Made by a program: the position numbers and the translations under genes. The notes below the pieces were generated by a model. That model was not told where the DNA came from. It saw nothing but the letters and a program-made list of their open reading frames with translations, and ran no database searches. Shown in pieces: positions 22,862 to 29,576 of a stretch of 29,576 nucleotides of DNA. The stretch's first letter is position 1; the number at the start of each line of letters is the position of its first letter. Source of the stretch: Craspedostauros australis (lineage: Eukaryota); assembly GCA_030167865.1 (NCBI GenBank), contig JALAGF010006292.1, forward strand, positions 62,001 to 91,576, read 5' to 3'.

Positions 22862-24327
22862 CCTCTCCCACGAATGTGCTGATGCGAGTTTGATTGTGGA
22901 TTGACACTCTATCGCGGTTTCGGTTATGATTGCGAAGGGTGGGACGATGACAGCTGATGTCTTCCAAATACTCTTCCTTGCAGCTCCTTCACTGCAGCGC
23001 GAAGTGGTGTGGCGCGTGTTGTGGATCGTAGATCGTGTTACCGCGTGCTCTGCACACTCTGTGAGCTCCTTGTTTTGTCTCCGCCCGGTTCTTTCCCTCC
23101 TCTCCATTCTTGGTGCTTGGTTTACCCGCACTCGCACGACCCAAGACTGCAGATCTCTTGTGCTCTCGTCTTCGGTTTCTGCTTTCTCGTGGTTCTTGTG
23201 CCACGCTCCGGACTTCGCAGCCACACGAGCCTTGGGGAAGAGGTGGTGGTTTTGGTTTATCGCGTCGATCGCCCCAGTTGCGTCTCCGCAAGCCCCCCCC
23301 CTGTCCAATCACGTCTATTCCTGTTGTGTGCATTTGCGTGGCAGGAGCCACAAGCGTCACGGTGATGGTGATGTCTCGCCGCCTGTATTTTCCCTGCTGG
23401 TGCTGTTTCTGTCTCTGTCCCTCTCGTCGCGCCTCCACACCCGTCCTTTCCGTGCCTGGGCGGTTCTGACTCCAATTCTTTTGTCCGTGTGCGCCAATCC
23501 TTGCACAAACGAGAACTCTCGCGCACAACTCGCGGTTTCTTCACACCGTGCGCACAGCACCACGCTCTATTCCCGTCTTCATCTTCCGTCACTTTGTCGC
23601 AACGGAGAATCTCACTCCCGATCGCACAACTCCATTGAAACGCCGTATCGATCCCTCGTGACCCACACGCTTACCCCCATCTGTCCTTTCAATTCACAAG
23701 CCTATTTGCACTACACGACAGCGACACAGATGGGACGCCAGAAACACGCGAAAACGAACCGAGACACTGGCATGGAGGTACCGAACGTACTGTTTAGTCC
23801 ATCACAGTTATGCGGAGAAGCAGGCGGACTATGTTTGGAGTCCGGGCAGAATTACAGCATTTATCATCGCTGACACAATCCGTCACAATGTGGGAGATGA
23901 TTGGCGGAGACGCCATCCAAACCTGACACGCTTCTCGCACGCACACACGCAAACAAATCTCAAGGGGGCATCTGGAACGAGTACCGCATGGTGAAGTCTC
24001 AGGCACTGGGCATATCAAAATGGCTTCGTTCGGCATGATTCTCCGTGATGTCACGAGATCGCCAGGAAGACAAGACCAAACGTGTCAACTCGTGCGAACA
24101 CGAAAAGTCACAAGCTTCCACGACTAGAACGAGCCCACGAGTCTAGAGAGCAAACTGCAACTTAGTCTGGTGATACTCTACTACTATGCATGCGTGCCTG
24201 GCAACAATGTACTCCTTCGGCATGCACACTCGTAACATGTTGATTGTCAGTATGACTAGCCATGGGTAGAAACCTATCTTTGGATATCCGTAAGGAAAAC
24301 AAAAGAACTCGTGAGTCCGTTTAGCGC

Positions 24328-24377
24328 TAAGTGGACGCACCAATCCACTTGCGTAACTGGATTGGTGAGTCCACTTA
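24328..24377. repeat. Inverted repeat: 20-bp arms with 1 mismatch and a 10-nt spacer
   Basis: TAAGTGGACGCACCAATCCA-cttgcgtaac-TGGATTGGTGAGTCCACTTA. Confidence 0.9.
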
Positions 24378-24679
24378 CGAGCACAAAACGACTAATTAGA
24401 CTACCCTTCTTAGGAGATTGGATTAGTTCGACTTGCCCAACTCGAATATCTCCACCAATTCCTCATGATCTTGTGCTCACTGCGTGTTTTGTCGTGTTTT
24501 TCTTGGAACACAACAACACATGGTGCATTTCCCTCTCGCATTACCTGTGGGTGTCTTCTGCCCATCCGTTGGATTTCATCTTTCTCCATCTGAAACCCTT
24601 CCGATGTTCATTCCACACTGTCGTCCGCAGACATACGAACTATTACAGCATTTTGCATTCCGCATCACTCTGTTGTATC

Positions 24680-25281
24680 ATGAGTGCTTCAACATCCCTG
24701 TTATCCCTCGTGGAACAGAGCGTTGACTGGGCTGATGACAACAGCAACGACAACCACCTTGACCCCAACTGCATTGATGACGACTTTTACAGTGATCAAG
24801 TACTTCATGCTCTGGATGACTTCGAAAGTGATGAGGACACTCACAGCGTGTCAGGATCCAACACCATCAGCACCGACAACATTGAGGCTGGTGTATATCG
24901 AAGTGGTGATTCCTACATTGCCAAGGGTGCATCATCTGAAACCCTCATTCCAACCATGGCAACACCAACTGCAGATGATTCTACCAACAATACTAGCCAG
25001 ACTACTGCAAGTGCTGCTGCATCCACAACAAATGCAAGCACTCCATGCATGGAGCAAAACCAACCAGAGGCAGAACGGCTGGCAAGCATGGATCTTCGTT
25101 GGCTCCTTCTTGATCCCAATACCCTCTGTAAACTGGTAATTTTACCATGCAAATGCTAGATGTGGGCCCACTGCGGGATTCTGTCGTGGTTTGCGGACAA
25201 ATCAAGACTAATCACAACTCAAACTCCAAACCAGCCTCAGCAACCCCTTATGATGCTATATCTAAACACCAACTCAGTTAA
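24680..25281 (+). pseudogene. Truncated, frameshifted gag/ORF1-like fragment
   Basis: MSASTSLLS...WLLLDPNTLCKLVILP, then in a shifted frame QMLDVGPLRDSVVVCGQIKT...; no RT or recombinase follows. Confidence 0.3.
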
Positions 25282-25397
25282 ACCATAAACTGAGCATACC
25301 ATGTGAATACCTGAATGTCAGTGATAGTGAACATCGAACTTAACAATAAATAACTTTAGTCTTAATACCATTTCGGCCCGTGATATCGCGTGTTGTC

Positions 25398-25789
25398 ACA
25401 TCGAAAAACTCTGGGTGACACCCACCCACCCCCACTTCACGGTCCATGATCATGCCCTTCCTCATCATATCCATCGTATCTGAGCACCCCATCGCCTCTA
25501 TATACTCCCATATCCATCGTCTGGGCACGCCTTCGACTCAGAAAGTCCATATCCATCTCCCCAGGTCGCGATTTCTGGAATTCAGGATTTCCAAAAATGG
25601 ACGCAAACTCCGGTCCGCCTTTCTGCAACCAAGATATCTCATCCATCCGACCTTGTTCACCACCACCACGCAGCATTCCGGATCCAGTAGGCTTCAGTCA
25701 ACACACTGGTGCGTCCAAAAGGGCTCGCGAGTGGATACCCATGACGGGCGGCTTGGTTCTGCACTTGTCACCCTTGAGTTTTTCGATGT
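25398..25789. repeat. 23/24-bp inverted repeat pair enclosing three CATATCCATC direct repeats
   Basis: ACATCGAAAAACTCTGGGTGACA (25398-25420) versus the reverse complement of 25766-25789, ACATCGAAAAACTCAAGGGTGACA. CATATCCATC starts at 25466, 25509 and 25548. Confidence 0.85.
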
Positions 25790-25862
25790 TCCAAAATTGA
25801 CCATCTGTCTTCGGTGGCGAGAGCGACCGCATGTCGCAATGCTTCCGGCGCACACACATTGC

Positions 25863-26339
25863 TCAATCGACTCTCCAAGTGATTCTGAGTGCTTCTTGCA
25901 TGGGAGAGTTGTCCATTTGGTGGATGCGTGGCGTGCCACTGGTGCCCAAAGGAAGGGCATCGGGCTCCGTCACCAACCCCAAAAACTCTTGCGATCCACT
26001 TCTGCTTGTCGATGACGACCTTGCCACTGCTGGATGGACGCCAAACTTCGTGGGTACCTCCAATATGATCCACTTCGTGCATATTGCGCATCAATGGTGG
26101 CTGGAATGGTCTGTGTTGATCATGCCGCCTCTGTATCTTGTAAGGGCATGTTGAGCGCAAACGACCTTCCTGTTTCTTTTCACTATATCTCCCTCCATTG
26201 GCAGGGTATACATTTGAAACCTCACCCATCCACCATATGAAGCATGGCGGATCCACTGATGTGCTTGGATGCCTTCATGGAGGCGTGATAGTTGCGGCCC
26301 ATTCAGCGGCCGTTGCTGAGTGTTGTTGTGGGACGCCAT
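25863..26339 (-). pseudogene. Possible decayed cargo ORF divergent from the transposase
   Basis: CA-rich leader and acaATGG at 26339. ORFs 26091..26339 and 25863..26063 share one frame, separated by a single TGA. No recognisable family. Confidence 0.25.
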
Positions 26340-26762
26340 TGTTGTGTTGTTTTGTGTGTGTTTTGTTGTTCAGATCGTTGGGGTTTGCGGAAGTTGACCA
26401 TGTTTCAGACAAATACATGCACATCGACGACTTCGATTATGTTCTTCACGGTGGCGTCGGGTGCGTTAGAATGACATCAGGTTCTTGTTCCATCGTTCTT
26501 CACAGAACGTTGTTTGTGGTCACACGAATGATGAGGTTTGGACGACCAGCAGGGCAATTGGAACCGCTCCAACCTGCTCTCTTGTTGCTGCAATCGTTGA
26601 TGCATTTTTGCGGCCATGTGCTGTGGGAACATGACCATCATGCTTCTACAGGCACTGTGTCCCTGCAATGTTCCTTTGTTGTTCACATCTCTGTCATTAT
26701 CGAGAAAATCGTGTGCACACACACACCAACCCAAGCCATCATTCCATGTTTCGTTCGCCACC

Positions 26763-29303
26763 ATGATCCGTATTGGTATTGGCCAATACGTGGAGGTGGC
26801 TCCCCATGTCTCCAATGGCAAGTACTTTAATCTGGGCATGACCTTCATTGTCGGCCTGAGCAAGACGGTAAAGAATAGGAATGATGAATACGCGGACAGA
26901 GGCGATGAACCCCTTGCAGCAGATGAAGAGGCCTTCGTGAAGGTGAATCCTGTTCTCTCGCGAGATCATTGCTACGTCGTTCCGGAGTCAATGTGCAGGG
27001 TGTGCAACATGGAGGCTCCGGCAAGGGCAACCAAACAGGAACCCAGTGACGCCTTTCCATTACCGTCGTTGCTGTCTCCCGACCATCACTCTGCCGCCGA
27101 GCTCCGCAACCTCATGACTGCAGCTCCCAGCGCCACCCAGAAAGAAGCAGAGAAACCGGAAATAACGTCAATCCGACGCCTTCTAATACGTTGTTTGGAT
27201 GACAAGGCCGAAGTGCTGGCCGATTTGCAAAAGCATCACAACGACATGAACAAAAGGGGTTGGTTGCGGACGGTTGTAGGCAGCAGCGGGCAAACAGCAC
27301 CAAAAGGAAAGAAGCATCTGGATGAGGAAGAGAAAGACAACATCGTCAAGCTTCGTCTCATCCTTGGCTCACCTCCCTTTCTCATCAGTTGCATTGCGCA
27401 TGCATGGGGTGTAGACAGGAGCTGCGTTTCGCGCGTGTTGAAAGATTTCCGCGAAGGCAATATGGAACAGAAGAAGCGCGATGACGCTGGGCTTTCTGTG
27501 TTCACAAGCATGCGCATACAAGCTCAACACTTCACAGCTCGGAAAGCCTTCGAGAGGATGTTGCATGCAGACAACACTGGGCAGAAACTGAACAAAGAAT
27601 ACATCGACATGGCTTTCGCCAATGCGACAACGGACCAAAAGAAGGCTGCAGAGGACCTTGCGAAGGAGTGGCATGACTGTGGTCCGCACCTCCTGAGCGA
27701 TCTTCAATAGGTGTTGCAGAGGTCCAGAGGAGCCCTATCCTGGCGGGACATTGCAAGCGAAATCGCGGGAAGTGGAACAGTGCAGATTGTCAGTCCCATG
27801 TCCATCCGAAAGTTTGTACTGGGGCTCGAAGGCAGCAAGTACACATCCACCAGAATCCTCCCCTTCCTCAGCAAAGGTACAGTGCAGAAGCGCATCAATT
27901 GGGCCAACGAGTTCTGCATGTTCTGGGAGTCAGCGAAGCACTTCAAAAACATGCAAGTGATTGTTGTTCACATGGATGAGAAGTGGTTCTGGTCGATCGT
28001 TGGACGAAAGCACATCAAGTCCATGAGAAATTGAAGGTGAAACCAGTTGTGCACCATTGTCAACATTGCAACCACTTGGTCAAGACTATGGCCATTGCTT
28101 CTTCCGCCTTTGTGCCCAATAACAACTGTCTTGAGAAGGGCGGAACGGCGCACCTCTTGAACTTCGAACAAGTTGGTCATTGGAAGGTCGCGATGAAGGA
28201 TTCGTTTGGCCGCGTCTACGACAGCAGGGGCAACTACAAATGCCCACCAACCCCAGAGAACCGCTTGAGGAAGAAAGGTGAGCGCAGGTGGCAAGCGCTG
28301 GAGATCACAGGGACCAAAGAAGAAGTGAACAGCAAGAAGAAGTTCAGTCTCAAAAAGTACTTCGAGACCTGGGAGATCCCAGCCATCCATGATCTTGTTG
28401 CCAGAGTCCGCGGAGACAACAAAGAGATGCGAGTTGTTGTTCGCTACCAAATGGATGGTGCAGGGCCTCATCAAAACCAGGAACTGCTGGAGTTCATCAA
28501 CGAATGGTTCAAAGGCCTCGGTTGGCATCTCCGCATTCAACCTCCAAACTCCCCGATCACCAATGTCAATGAAATGACAACTGCGTCTTCCCCGTATTGT
28601 CGCGTATTGTGTCATCATACCAATCCAGAAACCACGGAAGCAACATCATGTCGTCTGAAGAATTGTGGTAGGCTTCCCTGAAGTGCTGAGAGCACTTGTC
28701 ACTCAAGACGCTTGCCACTGCCTACATTCGTCACCACCAAATTGCTTACGTGATCAGTGCCTGCAAAGGCAGCGACAAGTTCGTGACAGAATCCAGAGGG
28801 CTCAGGATGAACGTGACCAAGAGGCAAGTCCCGATGAAAGATGAAGATGGACAAGTCATTGGCGTGGAGTACACCAACATGGAATTGGCGCGCCCAGTGC
28901 GGGATGAAACGAAGAGCGACAGCAACAAACTGAAATACAAGAAACCGAATGTGGAGGCCACTCGCGAGCAGATCCTTCAGAAGATGAGCGTGGCAGAATT
29001 GAGCTGCATCGAGCAACACCATGGGGAACTCTGTGACACTGAGAGAGAGAGGAACTGGCTGCCATGATCAAAAAGAACATTGAGCAACAGGATAAAGATA
29101 GTAAGCAACCTGCAAAGGCAACCAGCAAGAGGAAGGGCAAGGACGGAACGAAGACAACATCAAGGCCCTTGAAGAAGGCGAAGACCAGCAGCAACAAGAT
29201 CACAGCAAAGGCAACTGCGAAGCCATGCAAGAGCGAGGGAGTAGTCACAAGAGCGCGAGCAACAGCCTTCCGGTTGAATGGCCACAAGAGAGTCAGCATG
29301 TAG
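26763..29303 (+). pseudogene. Mariner-like DD38D transposase pseudogene (~844 aa reconstructed; 3 frameshifts, 3 premature stops)
   Basis: GCCACCATG at 26763; HTH ISCIAHAWGVDRSCVSRVLK plus KKRDDAG; catalytic VHMDEKWF (D at 27975), YQMDGAGPH (D at 28454), QPPNSPITNVN(D) (28571). Stops at 27708, 28669, 28687; frameshifts near 28020, 28568-28577 and 29041-29050. Confidence 0.9.
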
Positions 29304-29576
29304 CCGCTGCATCCCGAAGAAGTAGAGTAATACGATACATTTATTTGCATTTCGTAGAACAACAACAGATCGCGCATGCGCGCTGATGGTTGTATTAGCG
29401 CACGCTAAATCTCTAACAATAGCGACACCCGTCGACCAATCAGAAATCTCCACTTTTCTTACCTTTTCCGTTCCGAACGGAAATTTTGGTCAAAAATCCG
29501 TTGTGTCAGATTTGTGTCGCATTTCGCGTCGCAAGAATCGTTTTCCCTCAATCACAGATCCAAAAATGTCGCGGAA

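Larger units (their letters stand above)
24162..25362 (+). mobile_element. Degenerate retroelement-like relic (possibly the 5' part of a DIRS/Ngaro-type element); boundaries approximate
   Basis: Structured leader; truncated acidic, Thr-rich ORF 24680-25159 with a frameshifted C...VVVCG continuation; marked CpG depletion; AATAAA near 25345; TTAGTCT at both putative borders. Confidence 0.35.
25366..29576 (+). mobile_element. Large Tc1/mariner (IS630 superfamily) DNA transposon; left boundary inferred, right end probably outside the window
   Basis: Transposase pseudogene; candidate TA-CCATTTCGG left end; subterminal direct and inverted repeats at 25398-25789; palindrome-rich 3' region. Confidence 0.6.

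Noticed and set aside
22926..23873. 315-aa plus-strand ORF and overlapping ORFs
   Set aside because: Leu/Ser/Cys-rich composition typical of CT-rich non-coding DNA; no motifs; lies in the upstream region of the GDNPS gene.
24160..24470. tRNA or hammerhead ribozyme in the structured leader
   Set aside because: No cloverleaf with proper D and T arms, and no CTGANGA...GAAA core in a compatible stem arrangement.
25680..26700. Fanzor/TnpB cargo next to the mariner transposase
   Set aside because: No RuvC motifs (DPG, DRD-x-NA) or paired zinc-finger spacing in the frames read; the space is too short.
26616..26762. ORF-track GTG start extending the transposase N-terminus
   Set aside because: ATG 26763 has a GCCACC context and a CA-rich leader; the extension looks like UTR.
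25564..29576. Weak inverted similarity between CGCGATTTCTGGA (25567) and TCCAAAAATGTCGCG (29559) as a TIR pair
   Set aside because: Short and gapped; cannot be extended inside the window. Needs downstream sequence.

Overview
Eukaryotic genomic DNA with GT-AG spliceosomal introns, microsatellites and no operon structure. It is most likely a diatom or related stramenopile, inferred from the GDNPS-family gene and the transposon types. The left 23 kb holds three host genes: (1) a giant HUWE1/Tom1/UPL1-type HECT E3 ligase on the minus strand (exons 15185-14895, 14540-702, 470-<1; more than 4,860 aa; C-terminus outside the window) with an SH3-like insert, a UBA domain, an acidic tract and UBM repeats; (2) a divergently transcribed type II membrane GT15 (Kre2/Ktr-like) glycosyltransferase (16976-18847 +) with an altered active-site residue; (3) a convergent two-exon gene (22655-21757, 21277-19366, minus) for an RVxF/GDNPS-motif protein. 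The right 5.4 kb is transposon-derived. It begins with a CpG-depleted retroelement-like relic (about 24160-25360) preceded by two hairpins sharing a loop motif. A large Tc1/mariner-superfamily element follows, with a structured left end, a possible decayed divergent cargo ORF and a pseudogenised ~844-aa DD38D transposase carrying extra domains. All family assignments come from motif recognition by eye; no searches were run.
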